Part shown: positions 11,190-22,679 of the stretch, in pieces
Position numbering within the stretch: the stretch's first letter is position 1
Layout: the number at the start of each line of letters is the position of its first letter
NCBI RefSeq assembly: GCF_024502345.1
Contig: NZ_JALDNN010000001.1
From: Escherichia coli
GTDB taxonomy: Bacteria; Pseudomonadota; Gammaproteobacteria; Enterobacterales; Enterobacteriaceae
DNA length: 64,000 nt
Reading direction: 5' to 3' (one strand)
Made by a program: the position numbers and the translations under genes
The notes under the pieces: model-generated
The model's input: only the letters and a program-made list of their open reading frames with translations
Told to the model about the DNA's origin: nothing
Databases searched by the model: none

Positions 11190-12620
11190 ATGCCAGATTT
11201 TTTCTCCTTTATTAACAGCGTCCTTTGGGGATCGGTAATGATTTACCTGCTCTTCGGCGCAGGTTGTTGGTTCACTTTTCGCACCGGATTTGTGCAGTTT
11301 CGCTACATCCGCCAGTTTGGCAAAAGTCTTAAAAATAGCATTCATCCACAGCCAGGCGGTTTAACCTCATTTCAGTCATTGTGTACCAGTCTTGCGGCGC
11401 GCGTGGGTAGCGGCAACCTGGCCGGCGTTGCGCTGGCAATTACCGCCGGTGGACCTGGAGCCGTCTTTTGGATGTGGGTTGCCGCGTTTATCGGCATGGC
11501 GACCTCGTTTGCCGAATGTTCTCTGGCACAACTTTATAAAGAACGTGACGTCAATGGGCAGTTTCGTGGCGGACCGGCATGGTATATGGCGCGCGGGCTG
11601 GGGATGCGCTGGATGGGCGTTCTGTTCGCCGTCTTTTTGCTCATCGCCTACGGCATAATTTTCAGCGGAGTTCAGGCAAACGCTGTTGCCCGAGCCCTGA
11701 GTTTTTCTTTTGATTTTCCCCCGCTGGTGACAGGCATTATTCTCGCTGTCTTTGCTCTGCTGGCAATCACTCGCGGTCTTCATGGCGTCGCCCGGCTCAT
11801 GCAGGGGTTTGTCCCGTTGATGGCGATAATCTGGGTACTGACCAGCCTGGTGATTTGCGTAATAAATATCGGGCAACTTCCCCACGTCATTTGGTCTATT
11901 TTTGAGAGTGCTTTTGGCTGGCAGGAAGCGGCAGGCGGCGCGGCGGGATATACCTTAAGCCAGGCGATTACTAACGGTTTTCAGCGCAGTATGTTTTCCA
12001 ATGAGGCGGGAATGGGTTCGACGCCAAACGCGGCAGCGGCAGCGGCGTCCTGGCCTCCGCATCCGGCAGCGCAAGGAATTGTCCAGATGATTGGCATTTT
12101 TATCGACACCCTGGTCATCTGTACGGCAAGCGCCATGCTGATATTACTGGCGGGTAACGGCACAACCTACATGCCGCTGGAAGGTATTCAGCTTATCCAG
12201 AAGGCGATGCGGGTGCTAATGGGTTCCTGGGGTGCTGAGTTTGTTACCCTCGTGGTTATTCTGTTTGCCTTCAGCTCCATCGTTGCCAACTACATTTATG
12301 CCGAAAACAATCTCTTCTTTTTACGCCTGAACAACCCTAAAGCGATCTGGTGTTTGCGGATCTGCACCTTCGCAACGGTCATCGGCGGCACCTTGCTAAG
12401 CCTTCCGCTGATGTGGCAACTGGCAGATATCATAATGGCCTGCATGGCTATTACCAATTTGACCGCCATTTTACTGCTCTCGCCTGTGGTTCATACCATT
12501 GCCAGTGATTATCTACGCCAGCGTAAACTCGGCGTGCGCCCGGTGTTTGATCCGTTGCGTTATCCGGATATCGGTCGCCAGCTTTCTCGGGACGCGTGGG
12601 ATGATGTTTCGCAGGAGTAA
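11190..12620 (+). CDS. yaaJ: Alanine/glycine:cation symporter family transporter YaaJ
   Basis: 476-aa membrane protein; position matches K-12. Confidence 0.9.
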   Translation: MPDFFSFINSVLWGSVMIYLLFGAGCWFTFRTGFVQFRYIRQFGKSLKNSIHPQPGGLTSFQSLCTSLAARVGSGNLAGVALAITAGGPGAVFWMWVAAFIGMATSFAECSLAQLYKERDVNGQFRGGPAWYMARGLGMRWMGVLFAVFLLIAYGIIFSGVQANAVARALSFSFDFPPLVTGIILAVFALLAITRGLHGVARLMQGFVPLMAIIWVLTSLVICVINIGQLPHVIWSIFESAFGWQEAAGGAAGYTLSQAITNGFQRSMFSNEAGMGSTPNAAAAAASWPPHPAAQGIVQMIGIFIDTLVICTASAMLILLAGNGTTYMPLEGIQLIQKAMRVLMGSWGAEFVTLVVILFAFSSIVANYIYAENNLFFLRLNNPKAIWCLRICTFATVIGGTLLSLPLMWQLADIIMACMAITNLTAILLLSPVVHTIASDYLRQRKLGVRPVFDPLRYPDIGRQLSRDAWDDVSQE

Positions 12621-12689
12621 TCACAACTATCGATCAACTCATTCTCGTTTTTTGCTAAAGTCGGCATAAATTTCCTGCAAGGACTGGAT

Positions 12690-13466
12690 ATGCTGATTCT
12701 TATTTCACCTGCGAAAACGCTTGATTACCAAAGCCCGTTGACCACCACGCGATATACACTGCCGGAGCTGTTAGACAATTCCCAGCAGTTGATCCATGAA
12801 GTGCGGAAACTGACGCCTCCGCAGATTAGCACGCTGATGCGTATCAGCGACAAACTGGCAGGTATCAACGCCGCTCGCTTTCATGACTGGCAGCCAGATT
12901 TCACGCCGGAGAATGCCCGCCAGGCGATTCTGGCGTTTAAAGGTGATGTCTACACCGGCTTGCAGGCCGAAACCTTCAGCGAAGACGATTTCGATTTTGC
13001 CCAACAGCATTTGCGAATGCTTTCCGGCTTGTATGGCGTACTGCGCCCACTCGATTTAATGCAGCCTTATCGTCTGGAAATGGGGATCCGTCTTGAGAAT
13101 GCCCGAGGGAAAGATCTGTATCAATTCTGGGGAGATATCATCACCAACAAGCTGAACGAGGCGCTCGCAGCACAAGGCGATAATGTGGTGATTAATCTGG
13201 CGTCAGATGAGTATTTTAAATCGGTGAAGCCGAAGAAATTGAATGCCGAGATTATCAAGCCGGTGTTCCTCGATGAGAAGAACGGCAAATTTAAGATAAT
13301 CAGCTTCTACGCTAAGAAAGCACGCGGTCTGATGAGTCGTTTCATTATTGAAAATCGGCTGACCAAACCAGAGCAACTGACTGGTTTTAATAGCGAAGGT
13401 TACTTCTTTGATGAAGCTTCCTCCAGCAATGGCGAACTGGTGTTTAAACGCTACGAGCAGCGTTAA
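12690..13466 (+). CDS. yaaA: Peroxide stress protein YaaA (UPF0246)
   Basis: 258-aa [17 protein letters not shown]... Confidence 0.92.
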   Translation: MLILISPAKTLDYQSPLTTTRYTLPELLDNSQQLIHEVRKLTPPQISTLMRISDKLAGINAARFHDWQPDFTPENARQAILAFKGDVYTGLQAETFSEDDFDFAQQHLRMLSGLYGVLRPLDLMQPYRLEMGIRLENARGKDLYQFWGDIITNKLNEALAAQGDNVVINLASDEYFKSVKPKKLNAEIIKPVFLDEKNGKFKIISFYAKKARGLMSRFIIENRLTKPEQLTGFNSEGYFFDEASSSNGELVFKRYEQR

Positions 13467-13478
13467 GTTTGTAGTCAA

Positions 13479-13600
13479 TGCCGGATGCGGCGTGAACGCC
13501 TTATCCGGCCTACAAAAGCATGCAGATTCAATATATTGCAGAATTCACGTAGGCCTGATAAGACGCGCCAGCGTCGCATCAGGCGCTGAATGCCGGATTG
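13479..13600. repeat. REP/BIME palindromic repeat units
   Basis: gccggatgcggcgtgaacgccttatccggcctaca and gtaggcctgataagacgcg...gtcgcatcaggcg motifs. Confidence 0.8.
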
Positions 13601-13618
13601 TTACCCGGCATTTGTCAT

Positions 13619-13915
13619 TTAGCGGTGATGTTTGCCTGGACCATGACCGCCGTGATGATCATGATGAGCTTTCTTATGGTGACGCGGCGGTGGCGGCGGT
13701 CCGTGTGGGTGCCAGCGATTGCCTCGCCATTCATAATGTTGTTTCCACCAGCCGTGGTCGCGCCAGTGACCGCCATCCCAGTAATAGCCACGATTATCAC
13801 GATCGCCTATCTGTAATTTTACTGACGGGACTAACGTAATTTCCGCAGCCTGCGTTGCCATGGGAGCGACCAGAACCAGGGAAAGTGCGAGTACGATAGA
13901 TTGCATCTTTTTCAC
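13619..13915 (-). CDS. yaaX: His/Gly/Trp-rich secreted protein YaaX (DUF2502)
   Basis: 98-aa ORF with signal peptide; position matches K-12. Confidence 0.85.
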   Translation of the reverse strand: MKKMQSIVLALSLVLVAPMATQAAEITLVPSVKLQIGDRDNRGYYWDGGHWRDHGWWKQHYEWRGNRWHPHGPPPPPRHHKKAHHDHHGGHGPGKHHR

Positions 13916-14072
13916 AGGTTACTCCTTTTATCATTGCCCGTTATGGGTCGATATCCGGAGATTACGCGATGAGAACGGCGGTTGTTATTCTCCGCAATCC
14001 TAATCTCTAAGTTACCGCATTTATTGAGAATTTCTCCTTTTTCCCTGTCGTTTCTCTCCATATTTTCTTCAC

Positions 14073-14108
14073 AAAAAAGCCGGGCTGCATAAAAGCAAAC
14101 CCGGCCTG
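14073..14108 (-). terminator. Rho-independent terminator downstream of thrC
   Basis: Minus-strand hairpin aggccgggtttgcttttatgcagcccggc followed by a T run. Confidence 0.7.
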
Positions 14109-14128
14109 ATTGAGATAATGAATAGATG

Positions 14129-15415
14129 TTACTGATGATTCATCATCAATTTACGCAACGCAGCAAAATCGGCGGGCAGATTATGCGAAAGCAAGGGTAA
14201 ATCGGCACGTTCTGCCAGCTCTTTTGGCAGATCCAACGTTTCACCGAGAATCGCTTCCACGCTCTCTTTAAATTTCGCCGGATGCGCGGTGCCGAGGAAC
14301 AAGCCATATTCGCCTGGATTCAACTGGTCACGCAGCGCACGATACGCTACGGCAGCGTGCGGCTCCGAGGTGTAGCCCAGTTCTTTTAACTCACGCATTG
14401 TCTGTTGCGTGGTTTCATCATCCACGGCTGCATAACCCAGCTCTTTCAGTTGCCAGATTTTGCGGCGGAACAACTCTTCCACACGCGGCCAGTTGTTCGG
14501 CTGACTCACGTCCATCGCGTTGGATAACGTCGCCTGAGTCGCTTTGGGTGACCACTGACCGTCATGCAGGAAACGTGGCACGGTATCGTTCACGTTGGTC
14601 GCAGCAATAAAACGTTTCACCGGCAGACCGAGTGACTTCGCCAGCAGACCCGCCGTCAAATCGCCGAAGTTTCCGCTTGGCACCGAGACAACCAGCTGGT
14701 TGCGCGCCTCCTGCGGCAGCTGCGCAACAGCTTCAAAGTAGTAGCAAATCTGCGCCAGCAAACGGCTGATGTTAATCGAGTTAGCCGAGTTTAACCCCAG
14801 CGCCACTTTCAGCTCTTCATCATCAAACGCCTGCTTCACCAGCGCCTGACAGGCATCGAAATCGCCGTCGATGGCAACAGTTTCGATATTGCCGCCCAAT
14901 GTACAGAACAGTTTTTCTTGCAGTGGACTGATTTTGCCTCGTGGATAGAGGATAACCACTTTCACATTCGGTAAACCGTAGAAAGCATGAGCCACTGCCG
15001 CTCCGGTATCACCGGAGGTCGCGGTCAGAATGGTCACTGGCTTATCGCCCGCAATATGGGTCAGCATTTGTGCCATAAAGCGACCGCCGAAATCTTTAAA
15101 TGCCAGCGTTGGCCCGTGGAACAATTCCAGACAACCGACATCGCTTTCAACATTGGCGACCGGAGCCGGGAAGGCAAACGCCGCGCGCACGCGCTCTTCC
15201 AGGATTTCCTGCGGGATTTCATCACCAATAAACGCCGAGAGGATCTTCGCACTGCGGGTGACAAAATCCAGCTTCAGCATCTCATCAATTTCAGTCAGGC
15301 TGAATTCCGGCAGGTCGTGCGGAAAAAACAGCCCCTGATTTTTGCCCAACCCCTGGGTTACGGCTTGCGCAAAGCTGACCTGCTCATTGTGATCTTTAAG
15401 ATTGTAGAGTTTCAT
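14129..15415 (-). CDS. thrC: Threonine synthase
   Basis: 428-aa MKLYNLKDHNEQVSFAQAVTQGLGKNQGLFFPHDLPEF... Confidence 0.97.
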   Translation of the reverse strand: MKLYNLKDHNEQVSFAQAVTQGLGKNQGLFFPHDLPEFSLTEIDEMLKLDFVTRSAKILSAFIGDEIPQEILEERVRAAFAFPAPVANVESDVGCLELFHGPTLAFKDFGGRFMAQMLTHIAGDKPVTILTATSGDTGAAVAHAFYGLPNVKVVILYPRGKISPLQEKLFCTLGGNIETVAIDGDFDACQALVKQAFDDEELKVALGLNSANSINISRLLAQICYYFEAVAQLPQEARNQLVVSVPSGNFGDLTAGLLAKSLGLPVKRFIAATNVNDTVPRFLHDGQWSPKATQATLSNAMDVSQPNNWPRVEELFRRKIWQLKELGYAAVDDETTQQTMRELKELGYTSEPHAAVAYRALRDQLNPGEYGLFLGTAHPAKFKESVEAILGETLDLPKELAERADLPLLSHNLPADFAALRKLMMNHQ

Positions 15416-16348
15416 TTAGTTTTCCAGTACTCGTGCGCCCGCCGTATCCAGCCGGCAAATATGAACAAAACCTTCCTGATTTTGCAGGTAGTTCTTACCC
15501 AACCAGTCGGCAACGCGCTGGGCGGTATCCGGCTTGTCACACAGAGCGAACAAGGTCGGGCCGGAGCCGGAGATACCGCTCGCTACCGCGCCGATTTCCG
15601 CGACCGCCTGCCGCGCCTGCCGGAAGCCAGGCAGTAACCGTTCACGGTAGGGTTCTGCGATAACATCTTTCATCAGCTTCGCGGCAAGCTCAGGCTGACG
15701 GGAATAGCAAGCGTGAATGAAGCCTGCCAGATGTCGCCCGTGCGCAATGCAATCCTGGCGGCGATACTGCGCCGGTAAAATAGCCCGGGCTTCTGCCGTC
15801 GAGACTTTAATCCCCGGATACGCCAGCACCCACAGCCACTCATCAAACCCTGGCACTTGCTGGCTGATGATGTCGTTTTCTTCGATCATCAACTGCATAC
15901 CACCAAGAAAACACGGTGCCACGTTGTCGTAATGAATGCTGCCGGAGATTCGTCCTTCCAGCTCGCCCATCAAAGCCAGCAAACGAGTGTCATTAAGCGG
16001 CTTGCCACAGTGTTCATTCATCGCCATCAGCGCCGCGACCACCGAACAGGCGCTGGAGCCTAAGCCCGAACCGATCGGCATATTCTTTTCCAGAGTCATC
16101 GCCACTGGAATTTGCTTCCCAAGCTCCTGGCAAAAACGCTCCCAGCACTGATAAACGATATTTTCCCGTGGTTCTGACGGCAGCTTATCGGCAAAGCGTC
16201 CGAGGTTGTTGAGACTGAATGTCTCTGCCGCCTCAACCGTGACTACATCTCCGAGCAATGCACCATCAACGGGTGTCACCGCCGCCCCGAGCACATCAAA
16301 CCCGACGCTCATATTGGCACTGGAAGCCGGGGCATAAACTTTAACCAT
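15416..16348 (-). CDS. thrB: Homoserine kinase
   Basis: 310-aa [24 protein letters not shown]... Confidence 0.97.
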
Positions 16349-16349
16349 G

Positions 16350-18812
16350 TCAGACTCCTAACTTCCATGAGAGGGTACGTAGCAGATCGGCAAAGACACC
16401 GGCAGCGGTAACGTCATTGCCCGCACCATATCCGCGCAGCACCAACGGCAGCGGCTGATAATAGTGGCTATAGAAGGCCAGGGCGTTTTCGCCATTTTTC
16501 ACTTTGAACAGCGGATCATTACCATCCACTTCGGCAATCTTCACGCGGCAGACGCCATCTTCATCAATATTGCCAACATAGCGCAAAACTTTTCCTTCAT
16601 CACGGGCCTTCGCCACGCGCGCGGCAAAGAGATCGTCGAGCTGTGACAGATTCGCCATAAAAGCGGCAACATCACCCTCGGCGTTAAACTCTGCGGGCAG
16701 CACAGGTTCAATTTCAATATCCGCCAGCTCCAGTTCACGTCCCGTTTCACGAGCGAGAATTAATAGTTTACGCGCTACATCCATACCAGAAAGATCATCT
16801 CGCGGATCCGGTTCGGTATAACCCATTTCCCGCGCCAGCGTAGTCGCCTCGGAGAAACTCATGCCTTCGTCTAACTTGCCGAAGATATAAGAAAGCGAAC
16901 CTGAAAGAATGCCGGAGAACTTCATCAATTCATCACCAGCATTGAGCAGATTTTGCAGGTTCTCAATAACCGGTAATCCAGCCCCAACGTTGGTGTCATA
17001 GAGGAATTTACGCCGCGATTTTTCCGCCGCATGACGCAACAGATGGTAGTAATCCATCGACGAGGTGTTGGCCTTTTTGTTCGGCGTGACAACGTGGAAA
17101 CCTTCGCGCAAGAAGTCGGCATATTGATCCGCCACTGCCTGGCTGGAGGTGCAGTCAACAATGACCGGGTTTAGCAGATGATATTCTTTCACGAGGCGAA
17201 TTAAGCGCCCGAGATTAAACGGCTCTTTGGCTTGCGCCAGTTCTTCCTGCCAGTTTTCCAGATTTAGGCCATGCACATTGGTGAGCAGAGCCTTCGAGTT
17301 AGCAACACCGCAGACACGTAAGTCGATATGTTTATTCTTCAACCAGCTTTGCTGACGCTTCAGTTGCTCCAGCAGCGCACCGCCAACGCCACCGACGCCA
17401 ATCACAAACACTTCGATAACCTGATCGGTATTGAACAGCATCTGATGAGTAACGCGCACGCCAGTGGTCGCATCATCGTTATTTACCACGACAGAGATTG
17501 AGCGTTCAGAAGATCCCTGAGCAATAGCGACAATGTTGATATTGGCGCGGGCCAGCGCGGCAAAGAATTTCGCCGAGATCCCACGCAAGGTACGCATACC
17601 ATCACCTACCACCGAGATAATGGCCAGCCGTTCCGTCACCGCCAGCGGCTCCAGTAAGCCTTCTTTCAGTTCCAGGTAGAACTCTTCCTGCATTGCCCGT
17701 TCAGCTCGCACACAGTCGCTTTGTGGAACGCAGAAACTGATACTGTATTCGGAAGATGATTGCGTAATCAGCACCACGGAAATACGGGCGCGTGACATCG
17801 CTGCAAAGACGCGCGCCGCCATGCCGACCATTCCTTTCATCCCCGGGCCGGAAACGCTGAACATTGCCATGTTATTCAGATTGGAAATGCCCTTGACCGG
17901 TAATTCGTCTTCATCACGACTGGCACCAATGAGCGTACCTGGTGCTTGAGGATTTCCGGTATTTTTAATCAGGCAAGGGATCTGGAACTGGGCGATGGGG
18001 GTAATGGTACGGGGGTGAAGAACTTTAGCGCCGAAGTAAGAAAGCTCCATCGCTTCCTGGTAGGACATCGATTTCAACAACCTCGCATCGGGCACCTGAC
18101 GCGGGTCGCAGGTATATACCCCGTCAACGTCCGTCCAAATCTCGCAACAATCGGCGCGTAAACAGGCAGCCAGCACCGCCGCGGAGTAGTCGGAACCGTT
18201 GCGTCCAAGTACCACCAGTTCGCCTTTTTCATTACCGGCGGTGAAACCTGCCATCAGCACCATGTGATCAGCCGGAATACGACTTGCCGCAATACGGCGG
18301 GTGGACTCAGCAATATCGACGGTAGATTCGAGGTAATGCCCCACTGCCAGCAGTTTTTCGACCGGATCGATAACGGTAACGTTGTGACCACGCGCTTCTA
18401 ACACGCCGGCCATAATGGCGATTGACATTTTCTCGCCACGGCAAATCAGCGCAGCGTTAATGCTATCCGGGCACTGCCCTAACAAACTAATGCCATGCAG
18501 GACATGTTTTATTTGAGCAAATTCCTGGTCGACGAAAGTTTTCAATTGCGCCAGCGGGAATCCCGGCTGGGCGGCGGCGAGTCCCGTCAGAAGTTCGGCA
18601 AAAATACGTTCGGCATCGCTGATATTGGGTAAAGCATCCTGGCCGCTAATGGTTTTTTCAATCATCGCCACCAGGTGGTTGGTGATTTTGGCGGGGGCAG
18701 AGAGGACGGTGGCCACCTGCCCCTGCCTGGCATTGCTTTCCAGAATATCGGCAACCCGCAGAAAACGTTCTGCATTTGCCACTGATGTACCGCCGAACTT
18801 CAACACTCGCAT
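16350..18812 (-). CDS. thrA: Bifunctional aspartokinase I / homoserine dehydrogenase I
   Basis: 820-aa product from the internal [17 protein letters not shown] start; the track ORF is a 14-codon upstream extension. Confidence 0.97.
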
Positions 18813-18840
18813 GGTTGTTACCTCGTTACCTTTGGTCGAA

Positions 18841-18875
18841 AAAAAAGCCCGCACTGTCAGGTGCGGGCTTTTTTC
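18841..18875 (-). terminator. thr operon attenuator terminator
   Basis: Minus-strand agcccgcacctgacagtgcgggct hairpin plus T run, between thrL and thrA. Confidence 0.9.
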
Positions 18876-18892
18876 TGTGTTTCCTGTACGCG

Positions 18893-18961
<69 letters not shown>

Positions 18962-19171
18962 TGTTGTGTACTCTGTAATTTTTATCTGTCTGTGCGCTAT
19001 GCCTATATTGGTTAAAGTATTTAGTGACCTAAGTCAATAAAATTTTAATTTACTCACGGCAGGTAACCAGTTCAGAAGCTGCTGTCAGAGACTCTTTTTT
19101 TAATCCACACAGAGACATATTGCCCGTTGCAGTCAGAATGAAAAGCTGAAAAATACTTACTAAGGCGTTTT

Positions 19172-19858
19172 TTATTTGGTGATATTTTTTTCAATATCAT
19201 GCAGCAAACGGTGCAACATTGCCGTGTCTCGTTGCTCTAAAAGCCCCAGGCGTTGTTGTAACCAGTCGACCAGTTTTATGTCATCTGCCACTGCCAGAGT
19301 CGTCAGCAATGCCATGGCTCGTTCGCGTAAAGCTTGCAGTTGATGTTGGTCTGCCGTTGTGTCACTTTTCGCCGGTTGTTGTATTAATGTTGCTAATTGA
19401 TAGCAATAGACCATCACCGCCTGCCCCAGATTGAGCGAAGGATAATCCGCCACCATCGGCACACCAGTAAGAACGTCAGCCAACGCTAACTCTTCGTTAG
19501 TCAGCCCGGAATCTTCGCGACCAAACACCAGCGCAGCATGGCTCATCCATGAAGATTTTTCCTCTAACAGCGGCACCAGTTCTACTGGCGTGGCGTAGTA
19601 ATGATATTTCGCCCGACTGCGCGCAGTGGTGGCGACAGTGAAATCGACATCGTGTAACGATTCAGCCAGCGTCGGGAAAACTTTAATATTATCAATAATA
19701 TCACCAGATCCATGTGCGACCCAGCGGGTGGCTGGCTCCAGATGCGCCTGACTATCGACAATCCGCAGTTCGCTAAACCCCATCGTTTTCATTGCCCGCG
19801 CCGCTGCCCCAATATTTTCTGCTCTGGCGGGTGCGACCAGAATAATCGTTATACGCAT
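19172..19858 (-). CDS. lasT: SpoU/TrmH-family RNA methyltransferase LasT (YjtD)
   Basis: MRITIILVAPARAENIGAAARAMKTMGF...; start at the internal Met. Confidence 0.9.
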   Translation of the reverse strand: MRITIILVAPARAENIGAAARAMKTMGFSELRIVDSQAHLEPATRWVAHGSGDIIDNIKVFPTLAESLHDVDFTVATTARSRAKYHYYATPVELVPLLEEKSSWMSHAALVFGREDSGLTNEELALADVLTGVPMVADYPSLNLGQAVMVYCYQLATLIQQPAKSDTTADQHQLQALRERAMALLTTLAVADDIKLVDWLQQRLGLLEQRDTAMLHRLLHDIEKNITK

Positions 19859-20257
19859 ATTGCCACTCTTCTTGACCAAATAACCGCGAACAGGGTGATC
19901 ACTGTCAACTTATTACGCGGTGCGAATTTACAAACTCTTAACGTAAGTCGCAGAAAAAGCCCTTTACTTAGCTTAAAAAAGGCTAAACTATTTCCTGACT
20001 GTACTAACGGTTTAATTGTTAAAAAATGCTACATATCCTTCTGTTTACTTAGGATAATTTTATAAAAAATAAATCTCGACAATTGGATTCACCACGTTTA
20101 TTAGTTGTATGATGCAACTAGTTGGATTATTAAAATAATGTGACGAAAGCTAGCATTTAGATACGATGATTTCATCAAACTGTTAACGTGCTACAATTGA
20201 ACTTGATATATGTCAACGAAGCGTAGTTTTATTGGGTGTCCGGCCCCTCTTAGCCTG

Positions 20258-20398
20258 TTATGTTGCTGTTAAAATGGTTAGGATGACAGCCGTTTTTGAC
20301 ACTGTCGGGTCCTGAGGGAAAGTACCCACGACCAAGCTAATGATGTTGTTGACGTTGATGGAAAGTGCATCAAGAACGCAATTACGTACTTTAGTCAT
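20258..20398 (-). CDS. yjjY: Small protein YjjY (46 aa)
   Basis: MTKVRNCVLDALSINVNNIISLVVGTFPQDPTVSKTAVILTILTAT; below the ORF-track length cutoff. Confidence 0.7.
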   Translation of the reverse strand: MTKVRNCVLDALSINVNNIISLVVGTFPQDPTVSKTAVILTILTAT

Positions 20399-20493
20399 GT
20401 TACGCCGATCATGTTAATTTGCAGCATGCATCAGGCAGGTCAGGGACTTTTGTACTTCCTGTTTCGATTTAGTTGGCAATTTAGGTAGCAAAC

Positions 20494-21210
20494 ATGCAGA
20501 CCCCGCACATTCTTATCGTTGAAGACGAGTTGGTAACACGCAACACGTTGAAAAGTATTTTCGAAGCGGAAGGCTATGATGTTTTCGAAGCGACAGATGG
20601 CGCGGAAATGCATCAGATCCTCTCTGAATATGACATCAACCTGGTGATCATGGATATCAATCTGCCGGGTAAGAACGGTCTTCTGTTAGCGCGTGAACTG
20701 CGCGAGCAGGCGAATGTTGCGTTGATGTTCCTGACTGGCCGTGACAACGAAGTCGATAAAATTCTCGGCCTCGAAATCGGTGCAGATGACTACATCACCA
20801 AACCGTTCAACCCGCGTGAACTGACGATTCGTGCACGCAACCTGCTGTCCCGTACCATGAATCTGGGTACTGTCAGCGAAGAACGTCGTAGCGTTGAAAG
20901 CTACAAGTTCAATGGTTGGGAACTGGACATCAACAGCCGTTCATTGATCGGCCCTGATGGCGAGCAGTACAAGCTGCCGCGCAGCGAGTTCCGCGCCATG
21001 CTTCACTTCTGTGAAAACCCAGGCAAAATTCAGTCCCGTGCTGAACTGCTGAAGAAAATGACCGGCCGTGAGCTGAAACCGCACGACCGTACTGTAGACG
21101 TGACGATCCGCCGTATTCGTAAACATTTCGAATCTACGCCGGATACGCCGGAAATCATCGCCACCATTCACGGTGAAGGTTATCGCTTCTGCGGTGATCT
21201 GGAAGATTAA
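20494..21210 (+). CDS. arcA: Aerobic respiration control response regulator ArcA
   Basis: 238-aa [36 protein letters not shown]... Confidence 0.97.
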
Positions 21211-21229
21211 TCGGCTTTACCACCGTCAA

Positions 21230-21263
21230 AAAAAACGGCGCTTTTTAGCGCCGTTTTTATTTT
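21230..21263 (+). terminator. Rho-independent terminator after arcA (bidirectional with creD)
   Basis: aacggcgctttttagcgccgtt hairpin followed by a T run. Confidence 0.75.
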
Positions 21264-21269
21264 TCAACC

Positions 21270-22622
21270 TTATTTCCAGATACGTAATTCATCGTCCGTT
21301 GTAACGTCTTTACTGGCTTTCATTTTCGGCAGTGAAAACGCATACCAGTCGATATTACGGGTCACAAACATCATGCCGGCCAGCGCCACCACCAGCACAC
21401 TGGTTCCCAACAACAGCGCGCTATCGGCAGAGTTGAGCAGTCCCCACATCACACCATCCAGCAACAACAGCGCGAGGGTAAACAACATGCTGTTGCGCCA
21501 ACCTTTCAATACCGCCTGCAAATAAATACCGTTCATTAACGCCCCAATCAGACTGGCGATTATCCATGCCACGGTAAAACCGGTATGTTCAGAAAGCGCC
21601 AGCAAGAGCAAATAAAACATCACCAATGAAAGCCCCACCAGCAAATATTGCATTGGGTGTAAGCGTTGCGCGGTGAGCGTTTCAAAAACAAAGAACGCCA
21701 TAAAAGTCAGCGCAATCAGCAGAATGGCATACTTAGTCGCCCGGTCAGTTAATTGGTATTGATCGGCTGGCGTCGTCACTGCGACGCTAAACGCGGGGAA
21801 GTTTTCCCAGCCGGTATCATTGCCTGAAGCAAAACGATCACCGAGATTATTAGCAAACCAGCTGCTTTGCCATTGCGCCTGAAAACCTGACTCACTAACT
21901 TCCCGTTTGGCTGGTAGAAAATCACCTAAAAAACTGGGATGCGGCCAGTTGCTGGTTAAGGTCATTTCGCTATTACGCCCGGTAGGCACCACAGAAAGAT
22001 CGCCGGTACCGCTTAAATTCAATGCCATATTCAGCTTCAGGTTCTGCTTGCGCCAGTCCCCTTCGGGTAAAGGGATATGCACGCCCTGCCCGCCTTGCTC
22101 TAACCCGGTGCCGGGTTCAATGGTCAGCGCCATTCCGTTAACTTCAGGCGCTTTCACCACACCAATACCACGCGCATCCCCGACGCTAACCACAATAAAT
22201 GGCTTGCCTAAGGTGATATTTGGCGCGTTGAGCTCGCCAAGACGCGAAACATCGAAATCGGCTTTTAGCGTTAAATCACTGTGCCAGACCTGACCGGTAT
22301 AAATCCCTATCTTGCGTTCTTCCACGTTCTGATTGCCATCAACCATCAATGACTCAGGTAACCAAAAATGGATAAAACTTCGTTTCCGCTCCACGGTTTT
22401 ATCCTCTTCCTGCACCGTATAAAGCTCGGTCACAGGAATAGCGATAAGCGGCCCAACGAGTTTTTGCGGCCCGCTGGTACTTTGGCGAATCGCATCTTCC
22501 ACATCGCTACGGTAATCGGCACGTTCGACAATCACCTGCCGAATCAGCATTATCGGAATCAACAACAGCAATACTGCACCAAACAGGGTGGTCATTTTCC
22601 AGAACAGGGGGGATTTCAACAT
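21270..22622 (-). CDS. creD: Inner membrane protein CreD
   Basis: 450-aa ORF; cre operon order creA-creB-creC-creD. Confidence 0.93.
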   Translation of the reverse strand: MLKSPLFWKMTTLFGAVLLLLIPIMLIRQVIVERADYRSDVEDAIRQSTSGPQKLVGPLIAIPVTELYTVQEEDKTVERKRSFIHFWLPESLMVDGNQNVEERKIGIYTGQVWHSDLTLKADFDVSRLGELNAPNITLGKPFIVVSVGDARGIGVVKAPEVNGMALTIEPGTGLEQGGQGVHIPLPEGDWRKQNLKLNMALNLSGTGDLSVVPTGRNSEMTLTSNWPHPSFLGDFLPAKREVSESGFQAQWQSSWFANNLGDRFASGNDTGWENFPAFSVAVTTPADQYQLTDRATKYAILLIALTFMAFFVFETLTAQRLHPMQYLLVGLSLVMFYLLLLALSEHTGFTVAWIIASLIGALMNGIYLQAVLKGWRNSMLFTLALLLLDGVMWGLLNSADSALLLGTSVLVVALAGMMFVTRNIDWYAFSLPKMKASKDVTTDDELRIWK

Positions 22623-22679
22623 AGTCTTCTCCTTTGCAATGGCAGCAGGATACGAAGGCTATGTGGGAAGAATTTGAAG

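Noticed and set aside
13408-13839. Plus-strand ORFs overlapping the REP region and yaaX
   Set aside because: They overlap REP repeats and the antisense of yaaX, with no translation signals.
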